A stretch of 64,000 bases of DNA from the human T2T-CHM13v2.0 reference genome, Homo sapiens. Made by a program: the position numbers and the translations under genes. The stretch lies in NCBI RefSeq assembly GCF_009914755.1, contig NC_060947.1. The stretch is one strand, 5' to 3'. The notes below the pieces were generated by a model. It was given only the letters and a program-made list of their open reading frames with translations, ran no database searches and was not told the DNA's origin. This document shows positions 45,340 to 60,732 of this stretch, in pieces; the first letter of the stretch is position 1, and each line of letters begins with the position of its first letter.

Positions 45340-45954
45340 TAGTTTCCACATATTCATGGTTTGTATGTAAAAAATGTGATTGATTCTCCTGTGTTGATCT
45401 TTTATTTTGCAACCTTGCTGATATCTGTTTACTTTTATTCCACTTATAGTTTCAACAGCTTCTGAATCCTGTTTCCAAACTTGCAGATAATTAGGAGGGA
45501 GAGGGATTGCTTTAGGCAGATGCACTTACAGCAGTGCAATACTGACATGAGAGGAAGAGGATACAATGGATACAATTTTATTAGATAGATGTAAAAACCC
45601 CAAAAGCACAGAGCTCTGAGGCTCTTTGGCAAAGGGACATACAAATTATACTCCCTCAAAACATCCTTGTATAATTAAGGTTCTTATACAAGGTCATTAA
45701 GATTTACCTTGTATAAGAGTCATTGATGACCTCTTAGGTCATAAAATGAGGTTCTTAACAGACCTAAGAAAAAATGTTGAAGCTATACAAATGTATTTTA
45801 CCTTAAAAAAAGGAAGCATATATCAAATAATTGTATATACCTATACAAAACAAAGTTTGAATCCAATTCTTGGTCTTTAAGTGAGGTAAATGCCGCTTGA
45901 TTGATCATCCTGAATATCTCATTTCCCAAATGTGCAGTGTGCCTGGATTTTAGA

Positions 45955-46032
45955 GTGTGTGTTCACAGATACACGTGTGCATGTACACACACACACACAC
46001 ACACGCACACACACAGGCACACATACACATAC
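45955..46032. repeat. (TG)/(CA)n microsatellite
   Basis: Seen directly. Confidence 0.9.
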
Positions 46033-46744
46033 CTCTCTCCATTGAGGAATTTGGACCAACAGTTGTAAAAGGACTCTTTATTTTTGGATTGGCCAGTAAT
46101 GAGTGCCCAATGGTAATTATAAATCTATTTCACTAGTATAGATCACAAGTCTTATCTCTACCATGTGTTAGCGGATATATACAGGGGAAACAGCCAAGTC
46201 AATGAGAAAAGATCTGATTAAACATGGTCTAGCAAGATAGGCAAGGCATCAGGGATAATTATATGCTGCAATATTAATAAGGGACTGGAGCTTTTAGGAT
46301 ATGTTCTTTAAATATAGGTCATGGTTTTAAATTGCGTACACATCTTTCTGCTGAAACGATTTAAATGTTTGCACACAGTTAATATTGACTTTTCCCTGTG
46401 CACATTTTGAATGTCTTTTTATTGACTTGTGCTCTTCTCTTAAGCTGGTAGAGGAAGTACATTTTTCTCTAGGCACATCTATGGTGATGTTATTGTCTTT
46501 AGCTCCCCAGAAATCAAAGACTTTTAATCGTTTAAACTTTGCTGGGCTGGATGTCATCTCCAGTGACAATATTAAACAATTGGGAAAAAAGATGTTTATT
46601 TGCAATGCTTTCTCTTTACAACTTCCTCTCCAGTTCTTTGATGCAGTACTCTACTACTCATGGCTGTTCTTATACCTCAAAATATAGGAGCCAGCCAGGT
46701 GACAGGATTTTACAGAGTGGAAAGACTGTAATTCATTGCCCCTC

Positions 46745-47820
46745 CTCAAATCTTCCTACCCATTGGCCAAATCCTGAAATGCCAGCATTACTTTTCTGTA
46801 TTTATCTTACTCTATCTGTCAGAAACTTTGACAGAGGTAACCACACTCTCCTTCCCAAAACACTCTCCTCTCTAGACTTTCATGACACCATGCTCTCCTG
46901 GTTTTCCTCCTATCTGACAGTGTTTCCTCTCTGCTCCTTTGTTATCTCCCCCTTTCCCTGGCTTCTAAAGTTGGGGTTCCTCAGGGCTTCATTGTGGCCT
47001 GCCTTCTCTTCTCCATCTACACTCATTACATAGGTGATCACGTTTTGGTTTGTGGCTTTTATACCATTTCTATGCTGATAATTTCCAAATTTGTGCCTCT
47101 CTAGTACTCCAGACACCTTTATCCAATTGGTTTCTGGACATGTCTTGAGTATCCAGTAAGTATTATCATATGCTCAAAACATAATTCAGTTGATTCTGAC
47201 CCCTACTCCTCCCATTGGCCTTGGTCAAATGTATCTGTTCATTACACAATATTTGTCATCTCACTTAATGGCACTACTAAGCACTCAGATGCTTAATACT
47301 AAAACCCAAGAATCATCCTTGATTTCTGTTTTCCTCTCACAATTCACATGCAATCCATCATCAAATGCTCTCAACTTTACTTCTGAAGGTGTATCCCACA
47401 TGTCTACTTTTCTCAATCTCTCCTGTTACCAATCTAGTTCAAGTTACCATCATTGCTCACCTGAGTTATTATAATAGTCTCCTTAATGCTTTTCCCAATT
47501 CCTCTCTTGCCCTCTTCCACAACCAGCCCCAGGACTAATCCTTTACAAATATTAATCAATCCATGCTTAAACTCATTTAGTGGGTGCAGGAACCACTTCT
47601 CTTAACTCCATTTGTCTACATTTCTTGCACTGGCTCACTGAGTTCCAGCTGCATTGTTTTTCTCTCTATATCATCTCATCCCTAGCATCACCTTTCTGGG
47701 GGATTTTCCTCAACCCACACCCTATCTAAAATAGTTCTTAAACCTGCTACTCTGGTCACTCTATCCCATTACCCTATTTTATTTTCTTCTTTGGACTTAC
47801 GACTATCTGAAAATGCTTAC
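46745..47820 (+). mobile_element. L2 (RT region through 3' part)
   Basis: NFDRGNHTLLPKTLSSLDFHDTMLSWFSSYL matches the L2 RT motif AFDTVDH.LL..L.SLG....LSWFSSYL. Confidence 0.88.
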
Positions 47821-49291
47821 CTTTGTTTCAGGCTGAAAAATTTGTTTCAAAATGGATGTGATAAATTAATGGATTGCAAATTTAACCATGTATTTTTGAG
47901 CAGGAAGCTTTCTTTGACATGCCAGTTTCACTACTTGGAGATTCCGTCCATGCTCATGGTCAACTGTGTAGATAGATTTCAGTAATGGCTTATGAATTTT
48001 GTTTTCTAGTGGCATTGTTTTTTTTTTTTTTCAAATTAAATCTTCTGTGGAACCCCAATATATCACATAGATAAAAATAAAATTGCTCTGGTGAAGCGGG
48101 AGATAGAGTGGGATCCTGAACTGCCCAGTCAGTCTTTCTCTTTAAAACTCCTCCAGAGGCCCCTAAGACTCACCATGGAATCCTGGGGCTCTGAAGCACA
48201 GCTTGAGCCACTGGATTGGAGGTTTAATAGAATGGAATGCAGGACTCTACTGCACACAACACTGGGCCCTAGTGTTCTAGCTTATGCTCATTCTAAATAT
48301 ATATTTAACAGTAGTAATGGACACCAGAGACCCTATATAAATTGACCCCATTGAGTTGCATGGCCTGAGAACATGTCCCATTTTGATAGATATTAGACCA
48401 GGGCATTGTTCAATTTGCTAAGAATAGGGACTTGTGGCATTGAGACCAAAGGTTAAATCAAAGCATCTACTGCAAAGCCAGGGGAAATTACCCTTGAGAC
48501 TAATGGATGATGCCATGATTTCAAACTGCTATTAGCTGAAAAGGAGTTCAGTGGAGAAGGTTGGCCAATAATTGTTTGTGTAGAGAAGATGTTCATGTTC
48601 CTCTGTTTTTTAATAAATCACTGATGCTTAGACAGATGATGACTTCTGTGGTGCTGGGAAATAGGTCCTACCAGGAGTAACCAGTTCACAAGACATGTTT
48701 GATCTAAAAGGCCTCACCATCATTATTCAAACTCAGTCATTTCTGCTTTCAGAATCATGTCCCTGTAAGAGTGCATAGTTCTGAGGCCAAGTTCTCAGAC
48801 TGGTCATAGTTTATCTGTATTGTTTTAGTAATTGGTTCATAAAATAAGATCCCTGAGCTCTTTGCTAAGATTGTTTCCAGGAACTAGGATACTATTCAAT
48901 AGAAAGGGCCATTTGGAGAGACTGAAAAAGTCAATATAGCGATCATCTATCTATGGCCTCAATTAAGCTGGCATTCTAATCAAGGAAGAAAGTCAGCTTC
49001 AATATCTGTCTCACTAGCTAGATGAGGGAACCTTTTAAACTGCTTAAAAAACAGGTCAAACTATCAGAAATTCTAGGTGTGTATGTAAAGACACAGCTAT
49101 AATTACTCTAGCCTGTTTTCAGGTCAGGGACTGACCTCAGGAGCATAGTTCAACTGCATTCAGAAGTCCTTGGGAGAAAGGGCTATTTTTTGGTCTGTTT
49201 CAAGAACCTTACAGGTGTGGAATGCAGCCAAGCTCCAATGTGGTATCACAGCTGAAGGACTGTACTTTGTTCTGTCCATACTCTAAGACCT

Positions 49292-50480
49292 TTGTTATCT
49301 GCTGCTGGCAAACTGGGCACTCAGCAGTGGCCATAGCCAGGTCAGCCTTGGTGGGTGGAAGTCCATGTTACTGAGCCCATGCTTAACCTCCATCCCTGCC
49401 ACCGTGGCCACTTTGTTCATGGGCCTATTGGACGATGACAGGAATGGCTGGGGAAAGACTGAGTGGTGTCCATAGAATAAGTCATCCTATCCACTTGATT
49501 ATTAAAATCCTCCTCTGCTGAGGTCATCCGTTGGTGAGCACTCACATAGGATACAAATATCTTCACAGTTTTTGACCACTCAGAGAGGTCCATCCACATA
49601 CCTCTTCCTCAAATTTCTTTGTCACCAATTTTCCAATCATGCTTCTTCTAAGTCCCTGACCATCCAGCCAAACCATTGGCTACAGCCCATGAATCAGTAT
49701 ATAATTGCACATCTGGCCATTTCTCCTTCCATGCAAAGTGCAAAACAAGGTGCACTGCTCAAAGTTCTGCCAACTGGGAAGATTTCCCTACACCGCTGTC
49801 CTTCAGGGATGTCCTAGAAAGGGGCTGTAGTGCTGCAGCTGTCCACTTTCGGGTGGACCCTTCATGTCATGCAGAACCATCTGTGAACCAGGCCCTAGTC
49901 TTCTTTTCCTCTGTTAACTGATCATAGGGAACGCCCCATGAGGCCATCGTTGCAGGCTGGGGAAGAGAAGGCAGGGTGGCAGGAGTGGAGACGATGGGCA
50001 TTTGAGCCACTTCCTCATGTAACTTACTTGTGCCTTCAGGACCTACTCAAGGCCGATCACGTATATACCACTTCCATTTGACGATGGAATGCTGCTGGAC
50101 CCGTGACCCACTTTATGGCTAGCTGGCTCAGAAAGCACCTAGTTTATGATAGGCAGTTCAGGTTGCATGGTGACTTGATGACCCATAGCCAAATGTTCAG
50201 TTTCCACCAAAGCCCAGTAACAGTCCAAGAGCTGTCTTGCAAAAGGAGAGTAGTTATCTGCAGAAGATGGCAGGGCCTTGCTCCAAAATCCTAGAAGCCT
50301 CCGCTGTGATTCACCTATGGGGGCCTGACAAAGGCTCCAAACAGTATCCCTATCTGCCACTGACACCCCCAACACCATTGGATCTGCTGGGTCATATGGT
50401 CCAAGTGGCAGAGCAGCTTGCACAGCAGCCTGGACCTGTTGCAGAGCCTTCTCCTGTTCTGGACCCCACTCAACAATGGC
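49292..50480 (-). mobile_element. HERV-L internal pol fragment (RT connection, RNase H, integrase N-terminus)
   Basis: QAALPLGPYDPADPMVL, GFWSKALPSSADNYSPF, KIFVSYVSAHQR..AEEDFNNQVDRMT. Confidence 0.92.
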
Positions 50481-50555
50481 AGCCTTTCAATCCAATCAAT
50501 CCAATTGGATTGCATCTTTCAGTGCAATCAAGTTGACACTCAGCATTAACCATCA
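50480..50555 (-). mobile_element. MLT2A LTR 5' terminus only
   Basis: 'caatcaagttgacactcagcattaaccatca' is the reverse complement of the MLT2A start. Confidence 0.85.
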
Positions 50556-50604
50556 AACCCAGCCTTCTTAAATACTTTCTCCTTGCCTTACCTGAGAACC
50601 ATTT

Positions 50605-50830
50605 TAGGATAGTGGTTAATAATGTGATGTTTAAAGTCAGACAGACCTGCATTATAATCTCAGTTCTGTCACTTACAAAGTCTGTGATTATGGGGCAAGT
50701 TATTTACCGCTCTGTACTTCAGCTTCCTCACGTACAAAATGAGAATAGTAATAGCACCTTCTTTACAGTGTTGTTGTTAAGATTAAGTAACTGAATAAAT
50801 GGAAAAAAAACACATGGCATAGTGCCATGG
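50605..50830 (+). mobile_element. MIR
   Basis: 'agtcagacagacctg...gggcaagttatttacc..tctgt..ttcagcttcctca'. Confidence 0.8.
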
Positions 50831-51679
50831 CAGGTTCTGTATGACTTTAGCCATAAGAACATTGAAAATATTGATATACAGAGCTAATATTTGAGTTTCT
50901 TGTACATTAGCACATTTTCATTATATCATGCAAAATTCAGGTTGATTACTTTCCTCCAGATCAGAAATCCCTGGATCTTGTCATCTCAGATTCAAGCTGA
51001 TCCCTCCTAAGCCTGTGGGTACTCCACAAAGACAGCAACACAAACCAGTTAATCTAGTCAGTTGATTTGCATTTTGTAAAGTCCCAGCTGAAATTTTCAG
51101 ATGGGTTTTAGGGCATCCCGTCCAAGGGAAAAAAGGGGTCTTGTTAGCAGGCCTTAGATTTTTTTAGCTCTTGTGAGAACTTAAGAAAAAATGTTTGCCT
51201 TTTAGCCTGGATTTTACAAAGTCCCAGAGAACAAGTTTTCCCCAAAGGAGAGTGATTTTTCCACGAGAACTGTCTCCACTATAACATAAGATATGTGTTT
51301 ATTCTTCACCAATAGAATCCAGTAATAGGAATGGCAAGAACAGAAGGAAGCTATTCGTTCAAAACAGTTGGTTTATGTGTTCTAAAACTCTGTATAAAAG
51401 AATAGTAAAGCAGTGGAGCTGAGACTTCGCCCCCTTCAGAAAATGACACCACATGGAATGCTGAATACATCTCTCTCTGCATGAGATGATATTAGTGGCC
51501 TAGAAATAGAACTTGGTAAAATGAAGCTCACAGTCATAAATAGACAACTGAAGGCTTGGAAATGCAGGGAGGGGATTTAATCAGAAAAATGTTCATTTAA
51601 TTTTAACGGTTTTTCATAGCAGAGCCACAGAGGAGCTTAGAAAGAGGACTAATTAAAACAAGAGGACAGAGGGTAAAAT

Positions 51680-52000
51680 AGATGACTGTGTACCAAGACT
51701 GCTGAAATGCAGATGAGTGTATTGACATATCTGATTTTCAAGAAAGTTGTGGGTTTGCTTGTGTGAACCATAATTTTAATGCCTGCCCTATGTGGTAGGA
51801 TGCTTTGTTAGAATGTGCATTCGAACATTTGCAACAATGCTGCCTAGAATTGGACCATGAGCGTGGCAAACAGAGTAAGATGGTATTTAATATATTGTCT
51901 TAAGGAGCTCTGCCTGTTGTTGCTTTGGCTGCTTTGCACAGCACAGGGAGCTAGGTTTGTTGTGAACTTTACAGATGACTAAACCAGGGTGTTGGCGAAA
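51680..52000 (+). mobile_element. L3/CR1 RT remnant
   Basis: Ordered degenerate matches to YLDF.K ('catatctgattttcaagaaag'), RKQRV ('ggcaaacagagtaag') and FADDTK ('tttacagatgactaaacc'). Confidence 0.45.
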
Positions 52001-52471
52001 ATTTGGTGCTGGCAGCCCACAATGACTCAACAGTGTAATTGTAGTGGTTAAGAGCACAGGCTCTGGAGTTAGATCTTACCTAGATGTTAGTTCCTCCCTT
52101 CCTCTTTGCTTCCCTCTCTCCCACAAGTGTTAGTTGAATGCTAAGTTATATACAGGCACTGTGCTAGACACGTTGATAGAATGTGGAACAGTAATAGACA
52201 TGATTCCTGACCCTTTGGGGTTCACAGTTTAGTTGGGGAATGATGAAACAAATAAAATAAATACAAATTGTGGGAATTGCTACGGAAGAAACAAACAGGG
52301 TTGGGTGATAGAGGTGAACAGGGAGTGTGTAATCAGACAGCATGGTATCTTTACTACCTACTCACTGTGCAAACTTACCCTTTCTTATCCTAAAATTATC
52401 TCACCTGTAAACTAGGGATAACAATAGTACCTTCTTTATAGAATTAAGTTTTGTAAAAATTAAAAGAAGTG

Positions 52472-52775
52472 GGCCGGGCGCGGTGGCTCACGCCTGTAAT
52501 CCCAGCACTTTGGGAGGCCGAGGCGGGCGGATCACGAGGTCGGGAGATCAAGACCATCCTGGCGAACACGGTGAAACCCCGTGTCTACTAAAAATACAAA
52601 AAAATTAGCCAGGCATGGTGGCGGGCGCCTGTAGTCCCAGATGCTCGGGAGGCTGAGGCAGGAGAATGGCGTGAACCCAGGAGGCGGAGCTTGCAGTGAG
52701 CCGAGACGCGCCACTGCACTCCAGCCTGGGCGACAGAGCGAGACTCCGTCTCAAAAAAAAAATAAAATAAAAAAT
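52472..52775 (+). mobile_element. AluY, CpG-rich
   Basis: Full dimer; TSD taaaagaagtg; sits inside a MIR. Confidence 0.96.
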
Positions 52776-52859
52776 AAAAGAAGTGAAGTACATGCAGTGC
52801 CTAGGTCAGTTCTTAGCACTTAGTAAAATCATTGCTACTGCTATTAGGACAAGGCCTAG

Positions 52860-52930
52860 TGGCCCCAAACCTTCTCTTCTCCAAACAAAACATCCTGGCT
52901 TCCCTCAGGCACTTTCCTAAAATGCTTTCC
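52860..52930 (-). mobile_element. L3/CR1 fragment
   Basis: CLREARMFCLEKRR resembles CR1 RLRELGLFSLEKRR. Confidence 0.5.
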
Positions 52931-53454
52931 TGATCTCTCACTGTTTTGATTGTCTTCCTACCTGACACAAAGGCTGGGATTTTGAGTATTATGTTTACAA
53001 TCTTATAAACTAGAACTGAAAGAGGACCCATCTGAGGTTCTGAGAGAGGGTTGCTAATGGCAAAGTTGAAATGCAAACACATTGGCAGGGTGGGCCTGAA
53101 GCAAAAAAAGCTAGCAACACAATCAGTGTTTAATATTCCTCTAGTCACCTTTTGATGTCCCTCACTTAATCAGTGGATGTTTTTCTTTCCAAGTTCAACC
53201 AAGACTGTCTCTCGCTACTGAAACCTATTCCCATTGAAGCTGCTATACATAATTACGGTGCTATATAAATGAGTAAGTTAGCTTACAAAGTGGGTTGTAG
53301 AGGCTGACTGCCACCCCCGCCCCACCCTGCAATATTGCTTTTAGACACCAAATAACCCTGGAGGAGATATACTTGCGTGTTATGGGAGTAGTAATATTTG
53401 TTCTCTTTAATATGTTTTCCCTATGGGAGATTTGATAAGCTCACTTTTGTATCT

Positions 53455-53900
53455 CTATTCCAAGTTGGGAGGAATAGCCAGTAAAATACATAACAGAATC
53501 ATGAGTCGCAGCAATGGGGAACAAATGCCTAGGCAGCTACTTGCGGGAAAGAAAAAATATCTGGGAGTTTATGATGGGCCACAAGTTTACTATGTATTAT
53601 ATTTTTAGGAGTCACATAATGTTGTTGGCTCTTCATGATTTAGTTTCTTCTTTGGTAAAATAAGGCCAATAACATTTACTTCACAGGATTATGGGGAAGA
53701 TTAAATGAGTTAATAAATGGGTGGTGCTTGGAGCAATGCTTTGCCTATTGTAAGCATTCAGGAAGTACCACTATCATAGTATGAGATTAAGCCTATGCTT
53801 ATCAAAATCTCTGATCCAGATCAAGAAATATGACAAGGTCTGCTATACTTGGCGCTGGCCAGACCACAGTTGAATAGCTGAGTCCAGTGCTTGGTGTCAT
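53455..53900 (+). mobile_element. L3/CR1 fragment, interrupted by a MIR (~53625-53765)
   Basis: KLGGIA..NRI and 'gctggccagaccacagttgaatagctgagtccagtgcttgg' resemble LVRPHLEYCVQFW. Confidence 0.6.
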
Positions 53901-53989
53901 ACAAACATATTTTGTTTTATTTGTACCATTGAGTGTTTTGTTTGTTTGTTTTTACTATTAAGTGAGCTCCAGACTATATGGATTTCACC

Positions 53990-56322
<2,333 letters not shown>

Positions 56323-59300
56323 TGAGTATTTTTTAAAGGTTTTCAAATTAGTTGCCAACATATAAAAATCAGGGGGTTGCACGTTGTATCTGTCAAATGT
56401 TTTCCTTTATGTTAAGGGATGGGGAGAGGGAATGGTATTTTCTTTCATTGTATAAATAAATAATCTTTAAAAATTATAGCTTCAGAAGGAAGCATCAACA
56501 CCAAGGAGTAGAGGTTCCAGCTAGGTCAATCCAGACTCAGTTTGAAACACCTACTGCCTTGCAAAGTAAAATTTCCCATAACCCTTTGGAGCTCTGTCTG
56601 TCAGGGACAATGCAGAGGAGAGCTGAGTGGAAGTTTGAAGTAGAACTCTTTGGCCTCTCAAAATCAATTATTCCACCAACGTAAACACTAACACTACCAT
56701 TAAATAGAAGTGTGGTTTTCATAAATGTTTTAGAATATCACTAATTTATAATCACCATACTCCTAACCATAGAATACGTGTATTTTAATAGTTGTCATAG
56801 CCATAAACCCCAATAGTGAAGCTATCTTTAAAGAAAGGATGTTTGGGGATTAACATCTGGGCACTGGAGGACTATTTTGCCCACCCTAGCCTGTTACCTA
56901 CTAATAGTTTGTCCATGAATTCTAGTTGCAGGAACTTATATAAAAACTACTTTAAAATTCTGGGTTACATTTGGGGTCTGTAGTCTTTTCTTCTACTTTC
57001 TTTGCCTCCCTATAAAAAGCTTTCCTACAATGTAGATGGCTCTCCAACTCCCCTCTTTTAAAGGATTTGTAAATGGTATGATTGGCTTAGAGAGACCTGG
57101 AATAGAATTTTCTTCTCAAGCGTGTTTATTTTAGTACAGAGGAAGTAAGAAGTTCTCTCCAGCATCTGTAGGATGAGGAATTGGCTCATTTCCCCCAGTG
57201 GTAGTGGAACAGACCATTAAAATCTACCCATATATTGAGGTCATCTTGTTGCTTATTCCAAAGTCTTTGGCTTCTACATACTTAATGAGAAATTTAATCC
57301 AACAGTCCTTTGCTAGCTGTGCAAATAGTGAGTGATCCATTTTTGACAACAGGGATCATCCAGAACATTATCAGCCCTGAAATCAATGGCTCTCATTAAC
57401 ATTAGAAAAATAGACATTCCTTGGCTAGAGGTTAGCACTGGTTGATGCTACCATAGGTGAAAGGAGATTAGAGAATGAGAGGGGAGAATAGATACAAAGT
57501 TCTCATTATTTCTGATTGGAGGGAAGGAAGCTGGGCAATGTGAGCAGAAATGCCACAAGAGGGACAGAGCCTTCTTGTCCTCTTAACTTCCTATAGGGTT
57601 CTGAAATAGTGACATAGGCAGTGTCCTGAGTGTTCTAAAAATTAAGAGCTTTGAGAATGCCCCAAATCAACTGGGCACATGAAGAGAGTTGGTGGTTATC
57701 AGAGGAGGCATTATACTTTATGAAAGGAAGATTCTGCCTCTTCCATTGCAAGTGGCTTATTGTCAACAGCACTAGCAACTTCTTTTCTTTTCTTGCTAAT
57801 TCCTAATAGGGAGTAGAATCCAGTTTTAAGAACATGAACTCCAGAAATCACCTGGGCTCCAGTGTCAATTCTGCCAATTACTTTCTGTATGCTCTCACTC
57901 AATTCATTGATCTCCTTGGATTTTAATTTAGTCATTTCTTAGTGGTGGGGGAGTCATAACAGGAGATCACATGAGATTGTCGTAAGTAGTAAATGTGATG
58001 ATGTACATAATAAACAATCAAATGTTGGGTAAGGAGAAAAGAATATGTCAGTAATATTTTCTGCCAATAGCATATGCACAATAAATATGTAATTGTTCTG
58101 CTTAACATAGAGTTGGCCTTAAAGGATCCTAGGTGGCGTAATTCGAATGGTTGAGCAGAGCCCCTGAATGAAATATTTCCCTCATTCTCTATCATGGTGT
58201 CTGAAATTTCATTAAGACTTAATTCTCTTTTCTACAGGAGACTTTCTAGTTTTTAGGAGTACCTTGCAAAAATGGAAATCAAAAAGATAAAAAAAGAACC
58301 TCTGGGAAAAGGAATACTGTAAGCCATCACTAGACATTTAATCAACTAAACAACAAATCTTATTGAGAGTTAGTTGACAACCAAAAGAAACAAGCTCTTT
58401 GGGAACAAAGTCAAAGCAGGTATAGGAAGAGTCAGGGTACCTGGAATGGGGCAAGGGAAACAAAAAGGGAAGTAGGGAATATTAAAAGCAATTATTATCA
58501 ATGGGTTAATTTTGCCTAGTAGCTTGTCAAGAGTTCAGGATACTTAGTAATAGTAGTAACTTTGGTAGGGACAAAAGTGAACAGCAGACTGCATATATGC
58601 AATAGGCACAAGCTCTGGCTCTGTGTCATCCCTTCCTTGGCTGAAGTGAACTAAACTCTCATTGTCCTGGTTTCCCTATCTCTGTGATGCTGGCCTCCAT
58701 CAGGTCTTCTACCAAACTGTCAACTAATCATGACATGTGTTGTTAACTGGTGCCAAAGTTAAGAGCCAGTTTGTGATTAGGTTGCCTCATGCCCTTTCTC
58801 CATAGGCTCTCTCCTTGAAAACACTATTGTCCTTTATTTGTTTCCCAGTCTTCCATTGTCTGCCCACTGGCAACTGGCATTCCCATTCTGTCTGCACCCA
58901 ATTTCGAGATCCTTTAGTTAAAGACCAAGTAATTTAAGCCAGTTCTCAGCACATTCTAGCTAACTGCTGCCCCCTACCATACTCTCATACACAGCTCTAG
59001 ATGTGGTATGATCACCACTTTCTAGTTCTTTCTAGTTCTTGCCTCTGATTGTGATTCGGGATTTGGTTTTTCAATAGCCCGTAAGACTATTGGATATTCT
59101 GTTGTGTTCTGTTAGATACGAGACTATTAGATATTCTGTCTGCAATTTAAGTAGCTACCACCATGTAGACAAACCTGTGGTTTGAAGACCTGAGTGCCTG
59201 GAAATTGCCATAGTTGTGGGTGACTGATTGACTTTGTCCAGGATTTATGTTACTTCTAAGAGAAATTACATTTTAAACATTTTATCAATAAGTGAGAAAA

Positions 59301-59489
59301 GAAAGGAAGTTTGCCTTCTTAAATGCGTTTTAGGATTCATATAGGTGATAGAGTTGTTTTGATTTTAAGAAGTAGCCAGAATTGTTCCTGATAGCACAAT
59401 AGACCCATCTAGCAAATAATAAATGGGACTTGACTTAGGCCTCTTATAATGGTACATGTCTATGTGTTGTGCTGAGGAAGGTTCTAGAG

Positions 59490-60202
59490 CAGTGATCTCC
59501 AAAATGGTGATATCTTAACATCATTATAAGAAAATAATCAGAATGTACTTATATTTAATTCTCAGATTGGCATTGGTGCCCTTATTCAGTATCTATGTCA
59601 CAGGATCTCATGCCATGCCATCTGAGATTTACAAGGCATCTCAAGGGAATAAGAATTCCAGAAATAGAAACTCATTTATTTGCTTTCAAAACATTGCCAT
59701 GCATTGAAGTTCACATATGCCCAGATCAGTGTATTTATGAGTATTATTTATTTATTCTTTAAACAGATCCTCAAAAAACGGACATGTGGTTTAATAAATA
59801 TTTCTTCAAAGCAACTTTGGCTTGAAGATCATGCTAATAATTTTAGCACAAACAAATATCACTAAAATGGCAGAGCTAACACCTCTCCTCTTTCAGGTAT
59901 GAGCTTTTCATCAGCTATTGATTTATTGGGTAAAAACAGTTGTGATTTAAATAGTTTAGAAAAGCTGTCATTCAAAAACAAAGCAAAACAAACCAAAATT
60001 ATCAAGGAGACTATTTGAAAAAATGATGTCCATTATCATTAGTGATAATTTCTCATCCTAGTGAATATTTTGCCTTGAGATATTAGTGAATCACAACAAA
60101 ACATGTACATTATTTATAGATAAGTAATTTTACATACATTTGGATATATTCTCAAATTTTTTTTGTAATGTGGTACATGATTAAAAAAACTGGAGATAAC
60201 TG
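59490..60202. mobile_element. non-autonomous hAT-Charlie DNA transposon
   Basis: TIRs cagtgatctcca / tggagataactg; 8-bp TSD ttctagag (59482-59489) / gtctagag (60203-60210), the Charlie NTCTAGAN target. Confidence 0.88.
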
Positions 60203-60732
60203 GTCTAGAGCCTCTGCCCCTTATACTGGGCCTGGCTCTGGTTAGACGCTTGGAGCCCTAATCTAATAATTGCTTAAGATAGAAAAACCTTTCTTTCTCC
60301 ACGCCTTGCTTTCTGTTCTTTAGGCTTGATTAACCTCACCTTCTCCTCCTCTGGGTGTTTCCCTAGTTGTTTAGATCCAGATCCAAATCATGCCAGTATT
60401 CCTATTCTCACCTCTATATAATCAGTTATGCTTATTCATTAAAAGTTCTCATAGAAGTTTTAAAGCCTGGCTTTTGACACTAATATATCTCTTCAAAGGG
60501 ACTCTGCCCCTTTTTCCTAGAACACAATTGGGCTTTAAAATAATCCTATAAAATAATGACTTATTTAAGAATAAGGTCAAATTATTTTGCTAGTCTAAAT
60601 TGTATTTCCTGAATTGAAAAATATATTTGTTCTTTTGGGCTCACAATATATATATTTTTAAAAAGGACTACAGTAAAGTTGAATTCCACTCAAATTGAGT
60701 CAAAGATAACACTATTAACTACCCAAGTAAAA

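Noticed and set aside
46327-46687. Opposite-strand ~100-aa ORFs in unique sequence
   Set aside because: No recognisable domain and no convincing splice-site pair.
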